From the NCBI GenBank assembly GCA_050613775.1, contig JBODTK010000011.1, positions 1,302,001-1,366,000 on the forward strand: DNA of 64,000 nucleotides. The letters run 5' to 3'. The notes beneath the pieces are model-generated. The model did no database searches, was not told the origin of the DNA, and saw nothing but the letters and a program-made list of their open reading frames with translations. Made by a program: the position numbers and the translations under genes. Shown here in pieces: positions 38,865-51,744 of this stretch. The stretch's first letter is position 1. Every line of letters begins with the position of its first letter. This DNA is from Neocallimastix sp. 'constans'. Its lineage: Eukaryota.

Positions 38865-41800
38865 TTATAGATACATTAATTCTGACAACTTTAACCATGT
38901 AATTAAAACATATTCTCTACCTTTAATTTTTGAATAAATATAGTTGTCTAATTTTGTACTATTTGAAATAATAGGATGCCAATCTAACTGTTTTATGTTA
39001 TCTAAATTATATTCTGAAATAAAAATTTTTTTTCTCCTAGATAATAAAGTAATATACCATGAATAATTTGTTCTGTAAAATAATAATTTATTATTAAATT
39101 CACAATAAAAAAGAGATTTTTCTACTAGTTCCAATTCATTGAGTTTTTTCAATTTTTTATTTTCTTTTTTTATGTTGTCTTCAGAAGATAATTTTAATTG
39201 TAATCCATAGTTATTCATTGTTTCGATTTCTGTCCTTAATAATAATCTCGCTGATTTTTTAGCTCTTTCCATCCCATAAATACTAATATTATTAAATAAC
39301 GTTTTAATTGCATAACTAATCTCACTATATTTAATAGCTATATTATTATTTACATTATTGATATTTGTGCTTGATTTATGGATTCCTACTATTTCATTAT
39401 TTTTATTTAAAAGGGGTGAACCGCATGATTCTTCATTTATCAATACTTCATGATAATAATTAAAACTACAAATATTTTTTATATTTCCATGTAATAATGA
39501 ATATTCTTCATTAGAATACTGAAAAATCATAATTGATTCATTTATTTTAGCATCTTCATTACTAGGTTTAAGAAATATTGGATCAATTTCTTTAATAATT
39601 TTATAATTTATTTCAATAAAAGTAACATCAATTAATTCAGATGTAAATATAAAGTCTTCGTTGTTAATTTCGATCTCTGTGGCCTGCTCTTCATTATTAG
39701 CCAAACATATTATAAATGAATTTCCTGTTTTAAGATTATTTTCATTCAATACATGATTATTTGTCATTAAACCACGCAATGGGTAATTTTCAGATGGAAT
39801 TGGAATTTCAATAAAAAATCCTGTACCTATACAACCTATACTGGTATCAGTTGTTATTTTGCATATGGATTGACTTAATATTTTGTAAAATTCAATATAT
39901 TTAATTGGTTTTTGTTCATTTGAATTATTTGAATTACTATTTTCATAAATTATGGTGGAAGAGGAATTCTCATTTTTACTTCAATAATAATTTTATTTAT
40001 TTAATAAAATTATATAAACATAAAAAATTAATTTTTAAAAATGAAAGAAAGTAATAAAGATGAAATAAAATAATATATATATATATATATATAAATTATA
40101 ATTTAGTTATTATATAGTTTTAATAAAAATATAAACTAATATTATAAAATTATCTATTTTTAACATCTATTTATATTTTAAAAATAAAAATTAATTTGAA
40201 TTATGGATAAATGTTAAGTATATTAGATTTAAGAAATTAATTATTGCATTAATAATATATAATCGAACCTGTCTGAATTATCATCTTCAGATGAAATACC
40301 TTTTTAAAGCGTGTACATAAATAAATAGTTTTATTGTAAATTAATATACTTATTATATATTATATAAATTGAAAAATTTTTATTTATTATTATCAATTAA
40401 AAAATGAAATACTACCTTCCAAGATATTAATTATATTATAATTTATATTTATTTCTTTTGCAATTTTTAATGGCGTATCATTATAAGAATTTGCTACATT
40501 TATAAGAGTATTATTTTTTTTTACTAGATATTGAGTAATTTCAGTATCGTGTAAATAACATTCAATATATAAAGGTAATTTTTTTTTTTTATCTTGTACA
40601 TTAACTTTCGCATTATGAGTAATTAGATAATCTACCAATTTCTTATTTTTAAAATAATATGCAACCATTAATGGATTAATACCGTATGTCGATTCTTTAT
40701 TAATTTTAATATTTTCATGTTTTAATAAGCATTCGACTAATTCAAAATTATTCTTTTTACATGCAATAATTAAAGGCGTATCGCCATCTGAATTTCTTTT
40801 ATTTATAATTATTTTCTTCCCTTCATTAATTAATTCTTCTACTTTTTTAATATTTCCTTTTTTACATTCAAATGTCAATGGATTGTCATTGTTTTCATTA
40901 TTATAATTTTCTCTTTCTTCTCTTTTCTTTTTTATTTGTTCTTCTTCTATTTCTTCTTCTTTACGTAGTTCTTTAAACTTTTCTGAAAGTTTACCATTTT
41001 CACTATAAATTATTTCTATTATTTTTTTATTTTCATAATTATATAATAATTTTATAAATTTAGAATTAATTTTTGAAATGTCCTCTAATTTATTATTTCC
41101 ATAATAATTTGAAGAAATTGCATTTTCAATATCTTTTTCAAGAATCTTCAATTTATTATTGTTTTTTTTTGTATATTCTATTAATAATTTAAGCATTTCA
41201 TAATTATTATTATTCAATATTCCAAAAATTGGGAAATATCCATTTGTGTCTTTTTCATTTACATTCAGAATAATATTATTTTTATTTGCATAATCGATTA
41301 ATAATTTAAACATTTCAATATTATTCTTTGCAATTGCTTTTAAAAGTGGATAATCTCCTTTTTGATCTTTTTCATTTATTTTTAGTTTAAAGTTTTTCCC
41401 GTTAGCATAATTTATTAATAAATTAGCTATTTCAATATTATTTTTTGTAATAGCAACTAAAAGTGGAAAATTTCCATTTACATCTTTTTCATTTATTTTC
41501 AAAAAAATATTATGCTTTATGGAATAATCTATTAATAAATTAACAATGTCTGTATTATTTTTATTAGTAGCTTCTAATAGAGGATAAATTCCATTTTTAT
41601 TTTTTTCATTTATATTCAAAGTAACATTATTTTTATTGGCATAATCTATTAATAAATTAATTAGTTCAATATTATAATACATATCAATAGCAATCAAAAT
41701 TGGATAATATCCGTCATTGTTTTTTTCATTCATTTCTAAAATTATTTTATTTTTATTTGAAAATTCCATTAATACTTTTATTATTTCAATATTATTTTTA

Positions 41801-44800
41801 TTATAAGTGGCTTTTAAAAGTGTGTAATTTCCATTTTCATCTTTTTCGTTTATATTCAAAATAATATTATTTTTATTGGCATCCTCCAAAACTATTTTTA
41901 ATTTTTCAATATTATTATTTTCAATTGCATCATCAATTTCTTTTAGTTTTTTTTTCATATTTATTTCTTTTTCATTTATTTCATTTAACATTTTAGCAAA
42001 TTTATTATTTTCATTGAATTTTAACTCTATTACTGGATTTTTATTTCTGTATTTATTCAATAATCTTATAAATTCAACATTAATTTCAGATATATTTTTT
42101 AGATGGACGTCACACCTTTTTATTGAAATTATATTTTCAATATCTTTTTCATCAATTATTAATTTAATTTGTTTCTCCTTTGCGTAATTTATCAAAATTT
42201 TAAATAATTCAATATTATTATTATCTATAATTCTATATATTGGAAAATTTTCGTAGTTGTCTTTTTCATTTATTTCCAAAATAATATTATTTTTATTGGC
42301 ATAACTCATTAATAAATTAACCATATCAATATTATTTTTATAAACAGCATGTAAAAGTGGATAATTTCCATCTTTATTTTTTTCATTCAATTCTAAGATA
42401 ATCTTATTTTTATTGGAATAATTCATTAATAATTTAATCATTTCAATGTTATTATTATTATTATAATTATTATAAATGAGATTTAAAAGTGGATAATTTC
42501 CATCTTTATTTTTTTCATTTATATCTAAAATAATTTCATTTTTATTGGCATAATCCATTAATAATTTAATAATTTCAATACTACTATGGATATTATTAGT
42601 AGCACTTAAAAGTGGATACCATCCATTTTCATCTTTTTCATTAATATTCAAAATAATATTGTTTTTATTGGCATAATCCATTAAAGATTCAACCATATCA
42701 ATATTATTCATAGTGATGGATAATAAAAGTATATTATTTCCATTTTTTGTTTTTTCATTTATCTTCAAAGTAATATTATTTTTAATGGAATAATCCATTA
42801 ATAATTGAATCATATCAATATTATTATTATCAATGGAACCTAAAAGCGGATACAATCCATCTTCATTCTTATCATTCATTTCTAAAATAATGTTATTTTT
42901 ATTAGCATAATCAATTAATAATTCAAACATTTCAATATTATTATTATGGGTGGCATGAATAAGTGGATAATTTCTTTTATCATCTTTTTCATTAATTTTC
43001 AATTTAAAGTCTTTATCAATGGCATAATCTATTAATAATTTAATCATTTCAATATTATTATTATGAGTGGCTTCTAAAAGGGGATAATTTCTATTTTCAT
43101 TTTTTTCATTCATTTCTAAAATAATTTCATTACTATTGGCATATTCTATTAATAATTTAACTATTTTAATATTATTCGTATAAGTGGCTTCTAAAAGTGG
43201 ATAATTTCCACTTTTATTTTTTTCATTCATTTCCAAAATTATTTTATTTTCAGTGACATAGTCTATTAATAATTTAACCATTTCAGTATTATTTTTCATA
43301 ATAGCAATTAATATTGGAAAGAATCCATTAATATTTTTTTCATTTATTTTTAAAATAATATCATGTTTTTTTGAGTATTCAATGAGTAATTTAGCAATTT
43401 CCATATTATTATTTTCGATGGCTTTTAAGAGTGGATAATTTCCTTTTTCATTTTTTTCATTTATATTCAAAACAATATTATTATTATTTGCATAATTTAT
43501 TATTAAGTTAACAATTTCAAAATTATTAATATCAGAAGCACCTAAAAGTGGATAATTTCCATTTCCAATATTATCTATATTAGTATAAATAAAAAATCTT
43601 ATAGTCTCAATTTTTTCATTCAAATTTAAAATAATATTATTTTTATTGGCGTAATCTATTAATAATTTAACAATTTCAATATTATTATTTTTATTATATA
43701 TGGAACTTAAAAGTGGATAATTTCCACTTTTATTTTTTTCATTTATTTCTAAAATAATTTTATTGTTATTGGCATAATCCATTAATAATTTAACTATTTC
43801 AATATTACTATTTTTAGAAGCTTTTAAAAGTGGATAATTTCCTTCGATATCTTTTTCATTCATTTCCAATATAATATTATTGTTGTTTGCATAATCTATT
43901 AATAATTTAATCATTTCACTATTATGATTTTTAGAAGCTTCTAAAAGTATATAATGTCCATCTTTATCTTTTTCATTCATTTCCAATATAATATTATTGT
44001 TGTATGCATAATCTATTAATGATTTAACCACTTCAACATTATTATTCATGGTTGCTTTTAAAAGTGGATAATTTCCATATTTGTCCTTTTCATTTATTTT
44101 AAAAATAATATTATTGTTGTTTGCATAATCTATTAATAACTTAATCAATTCACTACTATGATATTTAGAAGCTTCTAAAAGTGGACAATTTCCATTTTTA
44201 TCTTTTTCATTCATTTCCAATATAATATTATTGTTGTTTGCATAATCTATTAATAACTTAATCATTTCACTACTATGATATTTAGAAGCTTCTAAAAGTG
44301 GACAATTTCCATTTTTATCTTTTTCATTCATTTCCAATATAATATTATTGTTGTTTGCATAATCTATTAATAATTTAATCATTTCACTATTATGATTTTT
44401 AGAAGCTTCTAAAAGTATATAATGTCCATCTTTATCTTTTTCATTCATTTCCAATATAATATTATTGTTGTATGCATAATCTATTAATGATTTAACCACT
44501 TCAACATTATTATTCATGGTTGCTTTTAAAAGTGGATAATTTCCATATTTGTCCTTTTCATTTATTTTAAAAATAATATTATTGTTGTTTGCATAATCTA
44601 TTAATAACTTAATCAATTCACTACTATGATATTTAGAAGCTTCTAAAAGTGGACAATTTCCATTTTTATCTTTTTCATTCATTTCCAGTATAATTTTATT
44701 GTTGTATGCATAATCTATTAATGATTTAACCACTTCAACATTATCATTCTTAGTAGCTTTTAAAAGTGGATAATTTCCATATTTATCTTTTTCATTAATT

Positions 44801-46437
44801 ATCAAAATAATGTTATTGGTACTGGCATAATCCATTAATAACTTAATCATTTCACTACTATGACTTTTAGAAGCTTCTAAAAGTGTATAATTTCCTTCTT
44901 TATTTTTTTCATTCATTTCTAAAATAATCTCATGTTTATTAGCATAATCTATTAATAATTTAAGCATATCAATATCATTATGGCTAAAGGCTGTGAGAAG
45001 TAGATTATTTCCAACATTATTTTTATTATTTATTTCTAAAATTATATTATTTTCATTGGCATAATCTATTAATGATTTAACTGTATTAATATTACTAAAA
45101 TTAAAGGCTGTGAGAAGTAGATTATTTCCATCATTATTTTTATTATTTATTTCTAAAATTATATTATTTTCATTGGCATAATCTATTAATGATTTAACCA
45201 CTTCAACGTTATTATTCATGGCGGCTTTTAAAAGTGGATAATTTCCATATTTGTCCTTTTCATTTATTTCAAAAATAATTCTATTGGTATTAGCATAATT
45301 CATTAATAATTTAACCATTTTACTATCCCTTGTATTAGAAACACTTAAAAGTGGATAATTTCCTTCATTATTTTTTTCAATTATTTCCAGTATTATTTTA
45401 TTTTTATTAGCATAATCAATTAATAATTCAAAAATTTCAATATTATTTTTAATAATGGTTTCTAAAAGTGGATAATTTCCTTTATCATCTTTTTCATTAA
45501 TTTTCAATTTAAAGTCTTTATCTTTGGCATAATCTATTAATAATTTAAACATTTCAATATTATTTTTATGAACTGCTTCTAAAAGGGGATAATTTCTATC
45601 TTCATTTTTTTCATTCATTTCTAAAATAATTTCATTACTATTGGCATATTCTATCAATAATTTAAACATTTCAATATTATTATTAATAATGGTTTCTAAA
45701 AGTGGATAATTTCCTTTTTTATTTTTTTCATTTATTTTCAAAATTATTTTATTTTCATTGACATAATCTATTAATAATTTAAATATTTCACTATTATTTT
45801 TATGAACTGCTTCTAAAAATGGGTAGCATCCCTCCCAATTTTTTTCATTTATTTCTAATATAATTTTATGTTTATTGGCATAATATATTAATAATTTAAT
45901 CATTTCAATATTTTTATTTTCAGTAGCATATAAAAGTGGATAATACCTATTTTCATTTCTCTCATTAATTTCCAAAATTATTTTTTTTTCATCGGCATAT
46001 TTCATTAATAATTTAGCCAATTCAGCATCATTGTAATCAAATGCAACTAAAAGTGGATAAAACCCACTTACATGTTTTTCATTTAGTTCCAAAATAATAT
46101 TATTTTCATTGGCATAATTCATTAATAAGTTAACCATTTCCAAATTATTTTCTCTATTATTAATGGCAAGAATAAGTGGATAATATCCATCTTTATTTGC
46201 ATCATTCAAATTTAAAATGATATTTTTTTCATTGGCATAATCTATTAATAATTTAACCATGTCAATATTATTATTATTAACGGCAATTAAAAGTGGATAA
46301 ATTCCAAATACATCTTTTTCGTTAATATTCAAAATAATATTCTTTTTATTGGCTTCATCAAAAAACTTTTTTACTTTTTCAATTTCATTATCTATAATTA
46401 AATCAATTAATTTATCTTTACTAAAAGATAACCCCAT
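38865..46437 (-). CDS. Ankyrin-repeat / trypsin-like protease fusion protein, paralogue 2 (nucleophile position Cys); predicted exons 46437-40416, 40299-40269, 39978-38865 (2388 aa)
   Basis: MGLSFSK start; ankyrin array; GT-AG introns of 116 and 290 nt at the same positions and phases as paralogue 1. The protease frame is open from 39980 without an ATG before GTGFF; motif ESCGSP. Confidence 0.85.
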
Positions 46438-47201
46438 AATATTTAAATTAATAACCTTTTAGTAAAAAAAAAAAATTATTTTCTTATTACTAAAATATTA
46501 AATTATATATATATATCATATATATAATTTAATAATAAAAATTTTAAAAAATTTTGAATTTAAAAGAAATGAAAAATTTTATACTAACTTTAATGTATAT
46601 AAAATATCCGAAATATAGAAATACTAATATATAATTTTAAATTTTATTTCATTTACTTTTTTTTTTAAAAAGTAAAAATTAATTAATAAAAGTAATAATG
46701 AATAATTTTTTAAATAAAGATAACACATGAAAAATATTATGTCATTTTTATAAGTAAAATTTTTATTACCAGTATGTTCTTTATATAATAGATTGACTGT
46801 ATTTATATAATGGTTATTTAGAACCATATAGCAAAAAAATAGTCCATTTGGTTCCAATCAGCGATCCACCTTTTGTTAAACTAATTGTTAAGCTCTTATT
46901 GTTAAATGAACATTTTATTATTTATAATTATTATATATAATTAAATATACATAATATTTTTGTTTATAAATCTCTTTTTTTTTTTTTTATCAATTATTTA
47001 TTTGAAATAATTATTATTACAACTGTGAATTTTAAATTAGTGAAGATATATATTAAAAAATTTCATTCTATAATAAACATATTATCTTAATATTTGCTAA
47101 TAAAGTGTACTATTTTAATAAAACCCAATTATCTAGTTGAGGTTTTTGTACATTCGAAAATATAAATTAAAAAATAATAAGGTTATAAAATATTAATTAT
47201 T

Positions 47202-48650
47202 GAGAGGAATCGTGAATTTCGCAATGTGGCGTTTTTGTATGTGGCTTGTTTTTTTAATGATTAAATAAATAATAATTAAATAAATAATTAAATGAATAAT
47301 AAATAATCTTTTTTTATATAATTTATTAATATTCAATTGTAAAAATAATTTTTTATAATTTTTTTTAATAGAATATATTATTATTTCTTTTAAGATAATG
47401 TAAATTTAAACCCTAATTTATATAAAAATATTAAAACTTTTAAACAATTATTTTTGTTAATTTAAAAAATCCAATTCACTGATTTTTTTTATTAAGAATT
47501 ATTTTAACTATTAATTAATTGTAATTCGAAAAATTTTATTAATCATTTTTATTTGGTCGTTTTTTCGTTAAATATTAATTATTTATTTTTTAATAAATAA
47601 TTTTAATATTTATATCTCTTACACACTTCAACCTTAATTCAACGAATTCATTTCTTTTTCTTTTTTCTTTTTTTTTTTTTTTTTTAATGGAATTTCCATA
47701 TTTTTGTAATATTTAATTAAGGCATTTATTTCATCAGTTCTTCTTAATTTTTTTTTAACTTTTTTTCCCAAACTCCACTTTTTCTCATTTGTAATCTTCA
47801 TAGAATAATGAATCTACTTTTTGTAAAGTTAATAAAAATTTATATATAAATCGTTTAAATAATTGTTGAATGATTCTGAGGCATTATTTGTTATATGCTC
47901 TATATTATCATAATAATTCCAATGTTCAATTTCAAAATCTTTTAAATAAGTTATTTCAAAATATTCTAAAAATTCCAAAAAATTGTCCTAATTAAGTTCA
48001 AGACATTCGCTTTTGATTTTATTATAAATATCATTTATATATTCAGAGTTTATAAAGGGAAAGTTTGAAATAAACTTATAATGAATGTATAAATCAATAT
48101 TATTTTCTACTTTTTACGACTTAATTTATTTTTTTTTTAATTTCTAATGTTCTTTTATAATGGTATGTACTATATTTGATATTTATATCAGGAAACACAT
48201 TTTTAGCAGCATTAGAAATACCTTTTTCAAAATTACAATGAAAATTTTTTGGAATTTTTTTGGAGTAATTATAATATTATTATTTTTTTTAGGCATTTTT
48301 CTTTATTTCTTCAAATAACACTTCATAAGTTCTTTGTTCTTTATTTTTTAATATTGAAAAGGATGTAGTGTAAAAATTATTTAATTCCTTAACATAAGTT
48401 CTAGTAATTAACACTTGATAACCACATTTTTTTTTTTTTTTATTTTTTTATTTTTTTTAATTTTTTATTTTTTTTATTTTTTTTATTTTTTTATTTTTTA
48501 TTATCAAATATATATATATTAATTATTATAAAATAAAATATTTATTTAATTGTTATTTAATTATTTATTTATATAAAAAATTTATATATAATACGCCATC
48601 TTAAAAAATAAGTGGCTTATAATTAAACACGTGCGGGTCCGAAACGCACT
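47202..48650 (-). mobile_element. Degenerate MULE with transposase remnant (~47700-48425)
   Basis: Minus strand reads FHCNFEKGISNAAKNVFPDINIKY and HWNYYDNIEHITNNASESFN, homologous to the transposase at 1107-2546, with stops and deletions; terminal motif ATTTCGCAATGTGGCG near 47215. Right end approximate. Confidence 0.85.
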
Positions 48651-49463
48651 TTTATGTACTATTATAGTATAATTATATTTTTTTTATTAATAATAATATT
48701 TTCTATCCAAGGAAATTAAACAAGTTAATCCGTTAAATAATTACCCGAAGGATCCTTTTTACTTGGATTATTTACATATAAAATTATAATTTAATAATAA
48801 ACTTAAATATAAACTAAAAATATATAAATAATATTAACTAAATATATTTAATTATAATATAATATAATATAATATAATATAATATAATATAATATAATAT
48901 AATATAATATAATTAAAACTATTTCATAAAATTATAATATATATAGAGGAATATTATATAATATTTAATATTATAGTTAGTAATATAATATATAATTGTG
49001 TAATATTAATAAGATAAAATTCTATTATATAAATATTATTACTATTTATTATCTTTTTTATTTATTATATCCTTTTCAATATTGATTTTACTTAATAATA
49101 CTTTTTAGGATTTCAAAATTATATATTCAAAAAAAAAAAAAAAAAAAGAAATTTATAATTTTAAATATATTATTATCATTATTTTTTTTTTAAATAATAA
49201 AAAAAAAAAAAAAATATTAACATTATAAGTAATATAAAAATAAGTATAATATAAATGTTGAGTTAAATAAATACATGAACAAATAATTATAAATCTTTTT
49301 ATTTAATTATTATTATTATTATTATTTTTGTGAATTAATTATTTAATTTATTTGAAAAAAAAAAAATAATAATAATAATATAATTTTTATACGTATTATA
49401 AATAATATTAAATTATCTTTGTTTCTATTAATTTTTACTTATTTAAATGTTTTTACTTTTTTA

Positions 49464-49499
<36 letters not shown>

Positions 49500-49535
49500 T
49501 TAAAATGTATTATCTTTATATATTATTAAAAAAAC

Positions 49536-50132
49536 TTAATTTAACCCTAATTCTAATAATTTTTCAGAAGGAAATTGTGGAAAAGGAATGACGGGATCTG
49601 GATGTGGATTGAATTCAGCAATTGTTTTTCCCATCCAAACCATATGATACCATCTATCAAATTTATATCCACAATTCTTAAATTCACCAATCTTCTTAAA
49701 TCCTATATGACTATGGAATTGAACACTATTATTTGTTAAATATTCATCTTCAATTTCGGGATAACCAATACAAGCATAAAGAGTAATAATATTTTGAGCT
49801 CTTGAAATATTTTCAATAATTTGATAAAACCTTTTTCCTAAACCATTATTTGTACAATTATGTTTAATATATATAGTTGTTTCTACACACCAATCGTATG
49901 CTTTTTTTCCTACAAAAGGACCTGTGTAGGCATAACCAATAATTTCGCCATCTTTTTCTGCAACAATATATGGATATTTTTTTAAAGTACGTTCCATACG
50001 TGAACGGAATTCATCAACTGTTGGAACAGTGTATTCAAAAGTGATAACAGTGTTTAATACATAATATTCATATATTTTTAAGATTGATTCAGCATCAGAT
50101 AATTCAGCTTTTCTTATTGTAATATTTGACAT
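49536..50132 (-). CDS. GNAT N-acetyltransferase, phosphinothricin/methionine-sulfoximine acetyltransferase (Pat/YncA)-like, 198 aa
   Basis: IRKA..SD..IY.YYV.NTVITFE, YPYIVAE.DGEIIGYAY, ETTIYI, GLGK, SVQFH..GF, CGYKFDRWYHMVWM. Confidence 0.92.
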   Translation of the reverse strand: MSNITIRKAELSDAESILKIYEYYVLNTVITFEYTVPTVDEFRSRMERTLKKYPYIVAEKDGEIIGYAYTGPFVGKKAYDWCVETTIYIKHNCTNNGLGKRFYQIIENISRAQNIITLYACIGYPEIEDEYLTNNSVQFHSHIGFKKIGEFKNCGYKFDRWYHMVWMGKTIAEFNPHPDPVIPFPQFPSEKLLELGLN

Positions 50133-50777
50133 TTTATTTTAAGAAATCTAATTTAATTATTAATTTGTATAAATATAAAATATTATTATTTTTTAATTAT
50201 TTTAATTATAAAAATAATTATAAAATCCTCTATATTTTTATTAATCTAATAAAATTCTATAATTTCTATTTCTTTTTTTTTTTATATAAAAAAAAAAGTT
50301 TTTATCAGTCTTCATTAAGCATTTTATCTATATTTATATCTAAAATAATAATAATAATATAATTATATAATGATTATAATAAATATTAAAATTACATTTA
50401 TCCTTTTTTTTTTTTTATTAAAATGATAATACTAATATAATATTTATTTATATTAATAATTTGTGATAATTAATAATTAATACATATAAATATTTTTTTT
50501 TTATTTTTTTTTTTTTTTTTTAATATATATTTAATTTTTTATGTAATACAAATACAATACAAATACAATTGAATTTATCTTTGTTAATTTACAATGGGAA
50601 AAATAATCAAAAAAAAAAAAAAAAAATTAATAATATTTAAGATAATCAAAGAAATCATAAATAAATAATTAAATAATTAAATAATTAAATAATTAAATAA
50701 ATGTAATTAAATATAAATAAATATAGTGTAAATTAATATAATTTAAATTAATGATTAGGCAATTACTAAATAATAGT

Positions 50778-51048
50778 GAATCTAGTGTATATAACAATGT
50801 GGCGTATTATCGTATTGTGGTTTGTTGTTTTAATAATTAAATAAATAACAATTAAATAAATAATAATTAAATAAATAATAGATACTATTTTTTTATATAT
50901 AATTTATTAATACTTATTTAATTTAAAAATATATTATTATTTATATATTTATTTATGATCGTATAGAATATCTTAAAATGTATGGATATATTTTATAATC
51001 ATTATATGTCACATTGCGAAAAACACGATTGGGAAATGTACGATCCCC
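50778..51048. mobile_element. MITE-like non-autonomous element (~270 bp)
   Basis: Starts GAATCTAGTG..CAATGTGGCG, ends CACATTGCG..CGATCCCC; direct repeat ATAATAGTG at 50770-50778 and 51049-51057. Confidence 0.65.
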
Positions 51049-51656
51049 ATAATAGTGAAGTAATATAAAATATAAAAGTAGAAATATAAATATAAAGTAC
51101 AGATTGATTAAAATAAAATAAATATTATAATAATACTAAAATGTCTTTTGTCTTTTGATATTCATAGTAACTTATAATTTCAACTTATAATCAAATATAT
51201 CCACTGTGTTATAAATAAATTTGAAATAAAAAAAAATATTAATGGAAATATATTATAACAAGTATATTTTAATGCAATAATACTTTTGATTAAAAATATA
51301 TATATATATTAATATTTATTGTATTACATAAACTTTTTTTTTTTTACATAAACTTTTTTTTTATTTAATTTAAATATTATCAGTTACTTAATGTTTATTT
51401 ACTAATTTGATTATTTTCATCTATTTGTATATTGTTTTAAAATTTATTCTATAATATTTATCTATTTATTTATTTATTGATAATTTAATAATTTATTTTT
51501 ATATATATACATTTATATTTCTTATTTATACTTTATTTTATTTTATTTTTTTCTTTATCATTATTATTATAACTATTATTATTATTATTAATTATTAATT
51601 GATTAATTAAAAAAAAAAAAAAAATTTAAAAGTTGAATTCTATGATAGTAACTTTA

Positions 51657-51694
<38 letters not shown>

Positions 51695-51744
51695 TATATA
51701 TATATATATATATGCATAAATAAATTATATTAAAAATTATAAAA

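Noticed and set aside
48631..48650. GTGCG-GGTCCGAAA-CGCAC hairpin as hammerhead or Helitron end
   Set aside because: No CTGATGA core and no downstream CTRR; more likely a worn MULE terminus.
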